From positions 204,363 to 268,362 of the forward strand of contig CAVOVB010000010.1 of the NCBI GenBank assembly GCA_963699755.1: 64,000 nucleotides of DNA, in the 5' to 3' direction. This document shows positions 29,510 to 38,574 of the stretch, piece by piece. The position numbers and the translations under genes are program-made. The stretch comes from an uncultured delta proteobacterium. Lineage in GTDB: Bacteria; Myxococcota_A; Polyangia; Polyangiales; Houyiibacteriaceae. The notes under the pieces are model-generated. The model did not search any database and was not told where the DNA came from. It was given only the letters and a program-made list of their open reading frames with translations. The number at the start of each line of letters is the position of its first letter. The stretch's first letter is position 1.

Positions 29510-30751
29510 TCAAAACGAGCTTGCATGCACCGGCACGTTGCCGCTGAACCATGTGGCGCCCAAACGGGGATCCAGCAGGCGATCATGAAACGGCCCGACT
29601 TCCACTCGGCGGAGCATCAGCGACCGGAGTACACCCGCCCCTCGGACGTCTCCAACTAGGCGAAAGCCCACGATACGGCCGTCACTCAAGAAGACCTTGC
29701 GCAGCGCGCCATCGTTGCGCGACCGCAACTCTTCCTGCCCGGTCTGCGATCCCACGGCCATGACCTCCACGCCGAGGTGCTTGAGGCTGTTCATCGATTC
29801 GGCGCCCTCATAGGGAACCTCGAAGCCGAGTAGACCGTTGGCCACGACCCGCGCTTGAGCGACGGCGTTGGGAAAAATGGCATGGACAAAACGCTCTCCG
29901 GTCATCCGGTCCTTGGTTTCCGCCACGTCGCCTGCAGCGTAGATGTCTGCGACGTTCGTCCGCTGGAGATCGTCGACGAGAACTCCCCAATTCGTCTCGA
30001 CGCCTGATCCCTTCAGCCAGTCGATGGCAGGCCTGACACCCGTTGCAGCAACATAGGCATCGGCATCGAGCTCCTCGCCGGAGTCGAGCTTCACCCCCGT
30101 CACCTCGCGGTCACCGGTGAAGGCTTCGGCGCGGGTGTTCAGCCGTACCTCGACACCGCGCGCACGGACGTTCTCGAGCACGATCTCTGCGGTTTCGGGC
30201 TCGAGCATCCGCCACATAAGGCGACTCTCCCTCTCGACCATGGTGACCGCGACGCCCAGATCTTGGAGAAGGAGCGCCAGCTCCACCCCGATGAAGCCAG
30301 CGCCCACGATGACTGCCCTGCGGATGCGGCCGGCACGGACGCCCTCGACCAGCTGTTCAGCCGCGGAGAGCGATTTGAAGTTGTACACCCCAGGCAGGTC
30401 GTGTCCGACGACGGGTGCGTGCAATCCCCCACCCGTCGCGATGACCAGTCGGCCATAGTGCAGCACCGATCCGTCCGCCACGCTCAGCTCGTGCGCTTGG
30501 GGTATAAGCGATGTCACAGGGGTGTTGGCGCGGTAGTCCACGTTCAGCCGCTCACAGATATCACGCCCCTTCCAGAACAAGGTGTCCTCGCGCCCGGTGA
30601 GGAAGTGATCCGCCATGGCTGGCGGTGCGTAGGGGGGAAACGGCTCGGACGACAGCATGGTGATCGCGACGTCGCGGTCGTGCTCACGCAGCAACTCGGC
30701 CACGGTGATGCCGGCAGGGCCGGCGCCGACGATTACGATGCCTGACGCCAT
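29510..30751 (-). CDS. FAD/NAD(P)-dependent oxidoreductase (CODH-associated FNOR type)
   Basis: GAGPAG, IATG, GAGFIGVE, ATGVRP, TNVADIYAAGD; last gene of coo operon. Confidence 0.9.
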   Translation of the reverse strand: MASGIVIVGAGPAGITVAELLREHDRDVAITMLSSEPFPPYAPPAMADHFLTGREDTLFWKGRDICERLNVDYRANTPVTSLIPQAHELSVADGSVLHYGRLVIATGGGLHAPVVGHDLPGVYNFKSLSAAEQLVEGVRAGRIRRAVIVGAGFIGVELALLLQDLGVAVTMVERESRLMWRMLEPETAEIVLENVRARGVEVRLNTRAEAFTGDREVTGVKLDSGEELDADAYVAATGVRPAIDWLKGSGVETNWGVLVDDLQRTNVADIYAAGDVAETKDRMTGERFVHAIFPNAVAQARVVANGLLGFEVPYEGAESMNSLKHLGVEVMAVGSQTGQEELRSRNDGALRKVFLSDGRIVGFRLVGDVRGAGVLRSLMLRRVEVGPFHDRLLDPRLGATWFSGNVPVHASSF

Positions 30752-31635
30752 TGCTCCAGCTCCACACGCAGCAGCGCATCGCGCAGCTCGCCGACCGCGC
30801 GCAGGAACGCCGAATCCGGACTGCTGAGCAATGGCCCCACATCAGGCTCGCTCCGGAGGAGCTCCTCTTCGTAGGGGAGCATGTGTCGAGTGGCGAACGG
30901 GAAGCTTCCTTGGTCCTCCAGGACTTGGGCGAGACGCGCCGCATCGGCATCGCCGCGCACGCGGTTGACCACCAAATGAATCGCGGGAATCCCGAGCTCT
31001 CGTGCCAGGCGCGCGGCGTGCAAGGCGACCTGGACCCCGTTGAAGGTGGGATCGGTGACCACGACCGCATGCCGGAAGCCCCGAGCCAGCGCGCGGCCGA
31101 AGTGCTCGATGCCCGCTTGGGTGTCGAGGAGGATCGCTTCGCGACGGCGCAAGCTGACCGCATTGGCCACCGCCGCCAACAGCGAGTTCTCCGGACAGAC
31201 GCAACCGGCGGCGGGTTTCACGGTATTGCCCATCACCAGCAGACGCACGTCGTCCGGCCCGACGACGCCGAAGCGTTCGACCACGTCATCGACGTTCGGA
31301 TTGAGCCGAAAGAAAAGCCCCCAGCCCGAGCCAGGGCGCGTGCCGGTTTTCTCCTCGACGTAATCCGGATTCTCGCTGAGTGGAACCAGGCCGCGAGCGC
31401 GGTCAACGGGCAAGCCTAGGGCATAGGGAAGATTCATCTGCGGATCTGCATCGAGCGCCAACACTCGATAGGCGTCCCTCGCCAGAAGCCGCGCCAGCAA
31501 GGCCGTCAGGCTCGTTTTGCCTACCCCGCCTTTGCCGGTGATGACGACCCGAAACTCTTCGGGTCGGGCACGTCGCACGAGCCCCCTGTGGTCGTGGTGC
31601 CCGTGCTCATGCCCTTCGTGAAGGTCGTCACACAT
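30733..31635 (-). CDS. cooC: CODH nickel-insertion ATPase CooC with His-rich N-terminus
   Basis: ITGKGGVGKTS, DADPQMNL, GCVCPEN (CxC), DTQAGIEHFGR; ATG overlaps cooS end. Confidence 0.92.
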   Translation of the reverse strand: MCDDLHEGHEHGHHDHRGLVRRARPEEFRVVITGKGGVGKTSLTALLARLLARDAYRVLALDADPQMNLPYALGLPVDRARGLVPLSENPDYVEEKTGTRPGSGWGLFFRLNPNVDDVVERFGVVGPDDVRLLVMGNTVKPAAGCVCPENSLLAAVANAVSLRRREAILLDTQAGIEHFGRALARGFRHAVVVTDPTFNGVQVALHAARLARELGIPAIHLVVNRVRGDADAARLAQVLEDQGSFPFATRHMLPYEEELLRSEPDVGPLLSSPDSAFLRAVGELRDALLRVELEQWRQAS

Positions 31636-33520
31636 CGCGAGCCTCCAAGCCCAACGCCGCACGCTTCGCCTCGATGTGCTTGCGGATCAACACCGCCGTC
31701 TTCTCGGGATCCGCCTCGACAGCGAACTTGGCACCGACGACGTCGTCCAAATCCCCGGCCAGCAGCTTGACCACGTTTCGGCTACCAAACACGGGCGGCT
31801 GCACGCCGAGCACTGTGTAGATGCCGCTCGCCACCACGTACGCACCGATCGATACGGCCTTCTCCGAATACCATTCCGGCGCGGCGCCGGCCAAAGGCAG
31901 CTGCGAGATATCGACGCCGAGATAGTTGGCGAGCGCGGCCGCGAGCACCAGGATGCGGGTGTTGTCGACGCAGGATCCCATGTGGAGGACCGGCGGAATT
32001 CCGAGGGCCTGACACACTTCGCGTAGCCCCGGGCCAGCCATTTCGGCGGCTTGTGGCATCATCTGACCTGCCTTGCCGTTCGCAATGGCCGAGCAGCCAG
32101 TCACCAACACCAGGATGTCGTTCTCGATCAGCCGGCGCGTGAGCATGACGTGACCGTAGTCCTGCTGGATCTTCGGGTTGTTGCACCCCACGACGCCCAC
32201 CGCGCCACGGATCTTGCCCGCCTTGATCGCGTCCACCAACGGCGCAGGGGTACCGCCGAGCGCACCGAGGATTGCCTCCACCGAAAAGCCGGCCATCATC
32301 TCGACCGTCCCTTCCGGAATGCGAACCCGCTCCGGGTTGCGGTTGCTGTACGCTTCCACGCCTCGGCGCACGATCTGCTTGCCGATCTCGAGGCCGCGGC
32401 GGGGATCAAAGGAAATATGGGTCGCCCCGGTGAACTTGGCTTTGTCGGCGGTGGAGATCACCTCGGTGTGGAAGCACTTCGCCACGTCGGTGACCGCGGG
32501 CATGATGCACTGATAGTCGACGACCATCGCGTCGAGCGCACCCGTGAGCAGCACCAACTCCTGCATGAGGTGGTTGCCCGCCATGGGAATGCCCCTGCGC
32601 ATCTGCAACTCGTTGCCGGTGCAGCAGAGCCCCACCAGATTGATCCCGTCCGCGCCCTTGTCCTTTGCCATTTGGACGAGCTCAGGATCGGCAGCCGCCT
32701 GGACGATGACGTCGGAGAGCATGGGATTGTGCCCGTGCAAGGCGATGTTCACGCTCTCCGGCTTCAACGCGCCAAGGTTGACCCGTGACAGAACCGGTTT
32801 CGGCGTGCCGAACATGACATCGGAAAGCTCGGTGGCGACCATGGAACCGCCCCAGCCGTCGGAAAGGCTCGTGCGCAGGCAGTGGAGCAAGGTGTTCACA
32901 TAGTCGTTGTCCACGCCCATGTGGGTGCGATGAAGCATTTCCACGTTCTCGCGGTCGATACCGCGCGGCGTGATGCCGAGCGCCGCCCAGCGCTCGGTTC
33001 TTTGGCTCGGCACCCGGACCGCGAAGCCGAGGCTGCTCTTACGGGTGCCGAAATCCTCCATCATGGCAGCGGCCAGATCCTGAGCGACCTCGAAGGTCTC
33101 CCGGCCCTCGGTCTCCAAGCCCCATTCTTTCGCCAGAGCGCGCAGCTTGTCCGGATCGCGGATCTCGTAGCCGCTGGTCTTGCCTTCAGCGAGCTCAGCA
33201 AAAACCTCGAGAATGTCCCGGCCGTGATCGGAGTGGGCTGAAGCTCCGGCGGCGATGGTACGACCGAGGTTCCGTGCCACGATGATGTCTGCATCCGCGC
33301 CGCAAACGCCTTTTTGCGGTCCCTCGCCAAAGGGATCGACCCGGCACGGACCCATTGCGCAGTTCCGACAGCTCACGCCCATGGCGCAATAGCCGCACTG
33401 AGGTTGCTGGGCGGCAAGCCGATCCCAAACTGTCTCGATGTCCAGCTCGCGGGCCCGCGCGATCATCGCGCGTGCATCCTTGCCGATGCTTAGGCTGTTG
33501 ATATCTGCTTGGTTAGCCAT
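31628..33520 (-). CDS. cooS: Anaerobic Ni,Fe carbon-monoxide dehydrogenase catalytic subunit
   Basis: CRNCAMGPC..GVCG, AHSDH, HGHNP, GLCCTGNE, DYQC, GCNN, TGCS, GSCVDN, SEKAVSIG. Confidence 0.97.
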   Translation of the reverse strand: MANQADINSLSIGKDARAMIARARELDIETVWDRLAAQQPQCGYCAMGVSCRNCAMGPCRVDPFGEGPQKGVCGADADIIVARNLGRTIAAGASAHSDHGRDILEVFAELAEGKTSGYEIRDPDKLRALAKEWGLETEGRETFEVAQDLAAAMMEDFGTRKSSLGFAVRVPSQRTERWAALGITPRGIDRENVEMLHRTHMGVDNDYVNTLLHCLRTSLSDGWGGSMVATELSDVMFGTPKPVLSRVNLGALKPESVNIALHGHNPMLSDVIVQAAADPELVQMAKDKGADGINLVGLCCTGNELQMRRGIPMAGNHLMQELVLLTGALDAMVVDYQCIMPAVTDVAKCFHTEVISTADKAKFTGATHISFDPRRGLEIGKQIVRRGVEAYSNRNPERVRIPEGTVEMMAGFSVEAILGALGGTPAPLVDAIKAGKIRGAVGVVGCNNPKIQQDYGHVMLTRRLIENDILVLVTGCSAIANGKAGQMMPQAAEMAGPGLREVCQALGIPPVLHMGSCVDNTRILVLAAALANYLGVDISQLPLAGAAPEWYSEKAVSIGAYVVASGIYTVLGVQPPVFGSRNVVKLLAGDLDDVVGAKFAVEADPEKTAVLIRKHIEAKRAALGLEARDV

Positions 33521-33523
33521 TTG

Positions 33524-34141
33524 CTAATCCTCCCTCACGGCGGTCGCTGAGCGGCCCCAAGCGCGCCAGGCTTCCACGTTGTCGGGCGCGCGGGGCGCCA
33601 AGGGCTCGATGGCGGCGACGGCCGACAGCACTGCGTGCGCTTCGCGAACACGTCCCGCCTTCACCAGTTCGTTTAATTCTCCGAAGACCAGGGCATCGAC
33701 CTTGCAGACCTCAGAGCAGGCTGGTTCCTCGCCGCGCCGAACGCGCGCCACACAGCCATCGCATTTCACCGCCACCGTGCGAGTTGGCATCCCCTTACCC
33801 TGCGCATGGAAACCGACCGCGTCGAATGGGCATACCATCGCGCACATCGCGCAGGTGATGCACTTCTTCTGGTCGATCAGAACGAGATCCCATTCCGCGT
33901 CGCGGGTGATGGCACCCGATGGGCACACCTGTTGGCAAGGCGCGGGATCGCAGTGCCGGCACTTGCCCGGGAAAGACGTGAACTGAGCTGCCCCGGGCGC
34001 GACGTGAATCCTCGAGCGGGGCGCAGGTTCCTCGAACATCGCGGCTACAGCGTCTTGGCTCTGCGAATGTTCCACCGCACAGGCAAATTCACACTGCCGA
34101 CAGCCGATACACCGCTCAGGATTGACGAAGACGGTTTTCAT
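33524..34141 (-). CDS. cooF: CooF-type multi-[4Fe-4S] electron transfer protein
   Basis: CIGCRQCEFAC, CRHCDPAPCQQVCP, CITCAMCAMVCP, KCDGC...PACSEVC. Confidence 0.92.
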   Translation of the reverse strand: MKTVFVNPERCIGCRQCEFACAVEHSQSQDAVAAMFEEPAPRSRIHVAPGAAQFTSFPGKCRHCDPAPCQQVCPSGAITRDAEWDLVLIDQKKCITCAMCAMVCPFDAVGFHAQGKGMPTRTVAVKCDGCVARVRRGEEPACSEVCKVDALVFGELNELVKAGRVREAHAVLSAVAAIEPLAPRAPDNVEAWRAWGRSATAVRED

Positions 34142-34193
34142 CTTCCCCTCGGGTTTGCGCCACATTTAGGCGCGTCATTTCAGCCTGAATCCA

Positions 34194-34293
34194 TGCAAGA
34201 AACAGGCCCCGCGAACCGGACGATTCTCCTCGTGTTTCCCTCTCCCGAAACGCATCCTGTGCGCTCCGCCGACCATGGACGCAGACATTTCGC
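34194..34293 (-). promoter_or_regulatory. Sigma54 promoter of coo operon with two upstream palindromic boxes
   Basis: GGGCCTG-TTTC-TTGCA (34209-34194); ACGCA-TCCTG-TGCGC 34250-34264; ACGCA-GACAT-TTCGC 34279-34293. Confidence 0.72.
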
Positions 34294-34368
34294 AAGACAG
34301 CCAGAAGGGCCTCATCTGGCCGACACCTCGGTGGATCGGCAACTCCAGCTAGGTGCTATGGTGCAACC

Positions 34369-35370
34369 ATGACGACGAGCACGCGCGCTGTAGCCGTTGC
34401 GCTATTCGTCGACTTCGTCATCGGAGCGGCCAAGCTGCTTGCCTTCCTGCTCACGGGCTCGACCGCGATCATGGCGGAGGTGCTCCATTCCGGCGCGGAC
34501 CTGACTAATCAGACGCTCTTGCTGGTTGGGATCGCTCGGTCGCGACGAGGCCCCGACAGGGACTACCCTTACGGCTTTGGCCGATCTCGCTACATCTGGG
34601 CGCTGCTGTCTGCCGCGGGCGTGCTGTTCGTCGGAAGCGGTGTGTCGGTCATACGCGGGGCGCAGCAAGTCTGGGCGCCGGCGCCGCTCGAGCACCTGGG
34701 CTGGGGCTTCGTCATCTTGTGGGTGTCACTCGCGGCGGAGAGCATTTCTCTCGCGGTTGGCTTCTCGGCCGTTCGGCGATCGGCCCGCGAAGCGGGCCAA
34801 TCCGTTCGGCAATATCTCCGAAGAGGCCCCGATCCGATGGGCGTTGCGGTTGTGATCGAGGACGGATCCGCCGTCGTCGGCGTACTGCTCGCCTTGACGG
34901 GGCTCGGCCTGGCCCAGCGCACTGGAAACCCTGCCTGGGACGGAGCGGCCTCCATCGCCATCGGGCTGCTGCTCGGCGCGTCTGCGGTCTTTCTCATCAA
35001 TCGGAATCGCCGCCATCTACTTGGGGCCGCGCCTCCTTCCGAATCGGTCGCACGGATGATGGCAGTCCTCGAAAAGAGCCCGTTGGTCGCGCAAATCCAA
35101 GACGTGAAAGTTTCGCAACTTGGCGCGGATGCAGTCCGCTTCAAAGCCGAAGTCACCTTCGATGGTCGGGAGCTCGCGCGGCGTCTATTGGGCGAAAGGG
35201 ATTTGGATGCGGCCTGGGCCACCCTGAGTGGGCCAAAGGCACTCGAGCGCCTTCTGGTCGAGTTTGGGGGCGAGGTCACTGATGCGATCGGCGATGAAAT
35301 CGACCGGCTCGAAGCTGAGCTGACCGAGGCTGCGCCGGAGGCCCGACATGTCGACATCGAGCCAGACTGA
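34369..35370 (+). CDS. Cation diffusion facilitator transporter
   Basis: TGSTAIMAEVLHSGADLTNQ, YPYGFGR.RY, EDGSA, WDGAASIAIG, VDIEPD. Confidence 0.92.
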   Translation: MTTSTRAVAVALFVDFVIGAAKLLAFLLTGSTAIMAEVLHSGADLTNQTLLLVGIARSRRGPDRDYPYGFGRSRYIWALLSAAGVLFVGSGVSVIRGAQQVWAPAPLEHLGWGFVILWVSLAAESISLAVGFSAVRRSAREAGQSVRQYLRRGPDPMGVAVVIEDGSAVVGVLLALTGLGLAQRTGNPAWDGAASIAIGLLLGASAVFLINRNRRHLLGAAPPSESVARMMAVLEKSPLVAQIQDVKVSQLGADAVRFKAEVTFDGRELARRLLGERDLDAAWATLSGPKALERLLVEFGGEVTDAIGDEIDRLEAELTEAAPEARHVDIEPD

Positions 35371-35465
35371 CACGAGAGCCAGGACCCAAGACCTCCTGTG
35401 AGGCGAGCCCATGAGCGAAGGAGCAGCAACGGGACGGGGAAACCCTCTCGAGGTGACAGCTGTCC

Positions 35466-35813
35466 TCATAGAGTTGGGTTGTGTCTCGGTCGATGCCCCT
35501 CCCGCTTGATCCGCTCGAGGCCATCGCCCCTCGTCGGGTCGATGGCCCGGATGAGCTTCGCCATGGCCGCAGCACGCGCCATGAAGCCCTTGGTCGCATA
35601 GAGGTCGACGGCGCGCTCGTAGGCCAGCACCGCATCGGCTTTGCGCCCCATCCGCTGTAAGAGATCACCTCTCCGATGGGGCCAACGCGGCTCATCTGGC
35701 CTCTGTTTTTCGATCAACTCGTAGAGATCGAGCGCCTCGGAGAGGCGGCTCGATTCGAGCGCCTGGGTTAGCTTTGCATGCAGATCCGTCGTCTTGCTCG
35801 CTCGTCCGAACAT
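35466..35813 (-). CDS. Small stand-alone TPR-like protein, paralog of N-terminus of 7749..9149
   Basis: [34 protein letters not shown] shared; GGGAGG RBS. Confidence 0.8.
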   Translation of the reverse strand: MFGRASKTTDLHAKLTQALESSRLSEALDLYELIEKQRPDEPRWPHRRGDLLQRMGRKADAVLAYERAVDLYATKGFMARAAAMAKLIRAIDPTRGDGLERIKREGHRPRHNPTL

Positions 35814-35858
35814 TTGCCTCCCCTTTTCACTCATGCGGCGCGAGTCAGCGTGTACCCA

Positions 35859-36087
35859 AGCAACTCCCGTGCCAGGGCGGTTCAAGCGCTTTGCTTGGTC
35901 TTTTCGGCGGCGATGTGCGCAAGCATTGCACTGGAGCAGAGACGACGCGCAGGACCTGCGATCGCCGCTGGTCCTGGGCAATCGCGCAGATTGTGCGCTC
36001 GCATAACCGGCGTGCGTTCGATCTAGAGCTCAGTCCCAGCATACGATGGCTTTCGAAGGTGCTCTGTGCTTTGGTCTGGGTGTTGCA
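35859..36087. promoter_or_regulatory. Divergent sigma54 promoters sharing three GCGCA-N5-TGCRN boxes
   Basis: TGGCACG-GGAG-TTGCT (minus, 35874-35859); TGGTCTG-GGTG-TTGCA (plus, 36072-36087); boxes at 35917-35931, 35947-35961, 35984-35998. Confidence 0.78.
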
Positions 36088-36120
36088 TGGAAGTCGGTGA
36101 TTCATCAGACCGACCGAGTG

Positions 36121-37836
36121 ATGTCTTCATACTTCAAAGCACTCGCCATCGATTTCGACGGGACCCTCACCGAAGCAGGCCCTCCGGGTGAACGCGTGCT
36201 CGCCTCCTTGCTCGAAGCCCGCGAAGCCGGGATGGCGCTCTTGTTGGTTACCGGCCGGGTCGTTTCGGACTTGCTACACGTTTTTCCCGATGCGGAGCAA
36301 TGGTTCGATGCGATCGTGGCAGAGAACGGCGCCGTGATTCGCCGCGATGGAGCATCTCATGCGCTGACCACGCCAGTCCCCCTGGAGCTCGATCTGCCGT
36401 TGGTGGAGGATGGCGTGTATTTTCAACGAGGCCAGGTGCTTCTCGGCTGCAACGCCGAAGATGAGATCCGCGTCCTTGGGCAGCTGCGGCGTCTCGAAGC
36501 GGACTGCCAGTTGATTCGGAACCGAGGGGCCCTAATGGTCTTGCCCGCGGGGGTTTCGAAAGCCTCGGGTCTTCTCAAAGCATTGGAAGGGCTTGGCATT
36601 TCATATCACAACACAATTGGAATCGGGGATGCAGAGAACGACCTGGCTCTGCTTCGCCAATGCGAGCTTGCCGTCGCGGTCGGCAATGCCGTCGATTCCT
36701 TGAAGCGAGCAGCCGACATCATTCTCCCAGCGGACGCTGGGGAAGCCGTTGCGGATTTCCTTCGGGATCGGGTCCTCACGGATGAGCCGTTGCCAGCGTC
36801 GTATCGCTGGCAGGTGACGCTCGGGCGGTCGGACGACGGCGGCACAGTCAGGATGCCGGCGTCCCGGGTCAACGTGTTGTTCGTAGGGGGCAGCGGTGTC
36901 GGGAAGTCCTATGCCGCAGGCCTTTTGGCGGAGCGCTTGTTAGAGCTCGACTACTCCGTGTGCATCCTCGACCCCGAAGGGGACCATGCGCCCCTTGCAC
37001 GCCTGCATCAGGTTTTCGCGCTCGGAAGCAGCGGACCGCTGCCGCCAGCCAAGAGCATTCCCGAATTGCTGAGGCAGCAGCCTGGAAGCCTGGTGGTCGA
37101 TCTCTCCTTGCTCGGCGAAGAGCGTCGAGCAGGGTATGCGGCCGAGTTGCTTCAGGCTCTCCACGAAGAGCGCGGCAGATCCGGTTTGCCCCATTGGATC
37201 GTCGTGGACGAAGCACAAGTTCCTTTCGGCGACCAGGGCGCCGCGTGTCAGATGTTTCACGATCAAAAGGGCCTCTGCCTGGTGACCTACGACCCTGCCC
37301 AACTCTGCCTATCGTCGCGATTGGACTTCGATTTCTTGATCGCTATTCCAGGGGAGAGCGGAATCCATCCGGCGGCCCTCGATGGCCTGCGCGCGCGATG
37401 GGACATCGACCTGCTCGATCGACTGCCAGCGCCAGAGGAGGGACAGGCCTTGCTCCTGCGACTGGGCGACTCCCCCCGAGTCGAGCAGTTCAGGCTGGGC
37501 CGGCGCTTCGTGCAGCACGTGCGCCACTGGCACAAGTATGCGGACGCGCACCTTCCGCCCAGCAGCATGTTCCAATTTCGCAACTACTTCGGGCTCACCG
37601 GCGCTCGGGCCGACAACCTCGCAACGTTTCGCCGTGAGCTGCTCCTCTGCGACTCTGCAGTGCTAGAGCATCATGCTGCCCACAATGATTTCTCCAATTG
37701 GCTGGATCACGCGATCCATGACGGGAAGCTGGCATCGACCGCACGCGAGCTCGAGGCATGGAGCCGCGAATACGGCACGTTTGAGGCCCTGCGCCACGCG
37801 CTGGTGGAAGCTATCGAGAATCGATACTTGGCCTAG
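36121..37836 (+). CDS. Cof-type HAD hydrolase fused to HerA/DUF87-like P-loop ATPase and C-terminal DUF5752-like domain
   Basis: DFDGTL, TGR, ENG, GDAENDL; GGSGVGKS, ILDPEGD, VVDEAQ; HNDFSNWL. Confidence 0.85.
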   Translation: MSSYFKALAIDFDGTLTEAGPPGERVLASLLEAREAGMALLLVTGRVVSDLLHVFPDAEQWFDAIVAENGAVIRRDGASHALTTPVPLELDLPLVEDGVYFQRGQVLLGCNAEDEIRVLGQLRRLEADCQLIRNRGALMVLPAGVSKASGLLKALEGLGISYHNTIGIGDAENDLALLRQCELAVAVGNAVDSLKRAADIILPADAGEAVADFLRDRVLTDEPLPASYRWQVTLGRSDDGGTVRMPASRVNVLFVGGSGVGKSYAAGLLAERLLELDYSVCILDPEGDHAPLARLHQVFALGSSGPLPPAKSIPELLRQQPGSLVVDLSLLGEERRAGYAAELLQALHEERGRSGLPHWIVVDEAQVPFGDQGAACQMFHDQKGLCLVTYDPAQLCLSSRLDFDFLIAIPGESGIHPAALDGLRARWDIDLLDRLPAPEEGQALLLRLGDSPRVEQFRLGRRFVQHVRHWHKYADAHLPPSSMFQFRNYFGLTGARADNLATFRRELLLCDSAVLEHHAAHNDFSNWLDHAIHDGKLASTARELEAWSREYGTFEALRHALVEAIENRYLA

Positions 37837-37878
37837 CGCGAGTCCAGGCTTGGCCGGGAATCGACACCCCCCGGGTCG

Positions 37879-38322
37879 TTAGCCTTCGTTCCGAAGTGCC
37901 ATTCTACGCTCTTCGAGGAATGCAAAGAGTGCATCGCGTTGCTCTTTGTGCGCAGGCTCGTCCGCCCATCGATAGAGCGTGGCGTTCTCCCTGCTCGCGT
38001 GCGATCGCAGCTGTGCGACGAGGTCATCGATCCGCTCCTTGCGCAAGGTGTGGAGCTCCGTCTCGATGTTTAGCTCATCGAGCGCCCGACGAAAGCGTTC
38101 ATGGTCCTGCCTGAGCTCGCGGATTTCGCGGGGATGGTGCTCCTCGAAACGCTCGAAGAGATAACGCTCTTCGCCATCGATATGGGCTCTCAAGCCTCGA
38201 TCGACTTCACGGAAGACTTGCAGAATCGTCGGAAAGTCGGCCCCTTCAACCGCATTCATCAAATCTGAAAGACGATGATCGATCGCTTCATGATCGCTCC
38301 CCAAGGACTCCCGTACGTTCAT
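37879..38322 (-). CDS. Hemerythrin/HHE domain protein
   Basis: DHEAID, HIDGEERYLF, DHE, HASRENATLY; GAGGAG RBS. Confidence 0.85.
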   Translation of the reverse strand: MNVRESLGSDHEAIDHRLSDLMNAVEGADFPTILQVFREVDRGLRAHIDGEERYLFERFEEHHPREIRELRQDHERFRRALDELNIETELHTLRKERIDDLVAQLRSHASRENATLYRWADEPAHKEQRDALFAFLEERRMALRNEG

Positions 38323-38449
38323 CCGTCGCTCCTCGTCCCCCGGACCTATCATATGCGCGACAACCTGCAACGAGCTGGGCAAACGACGAATGGGGATCGC
38401 TGTGCTAGTCGGACGGCGCAATCTCTTGGGTCTCTCTGAGCTCTTTCTC

Positions 38450-38469
38450 GAGCTCGGTAACCCGAGCTT
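38450..38469 (-). terminator. Possible terminator hairpin downstream of PIMT fusion
   Basis: GAGCTCGG-TAAC-CCGAGCTT. Confidence 0.35.
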
Positions 38470-38574
38470 CAAGCACCTCGAGCCGCTTCTTCAGCGCCAC
38501 CACCTCGCTGTGCAGCGCTGGCCCTTCGTCTTGTTTCTGTTCTGACATGATGCCTCCCTCGTGAACCGAGCGCC

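Noticed and set aside
38366..38430. Sigma54 promoter plus box for hemerythrin
   Set aside because: TGCCCAG-CTCG-TTGCA lacks the invariant GG and the nearby GCGCA box is only a half match
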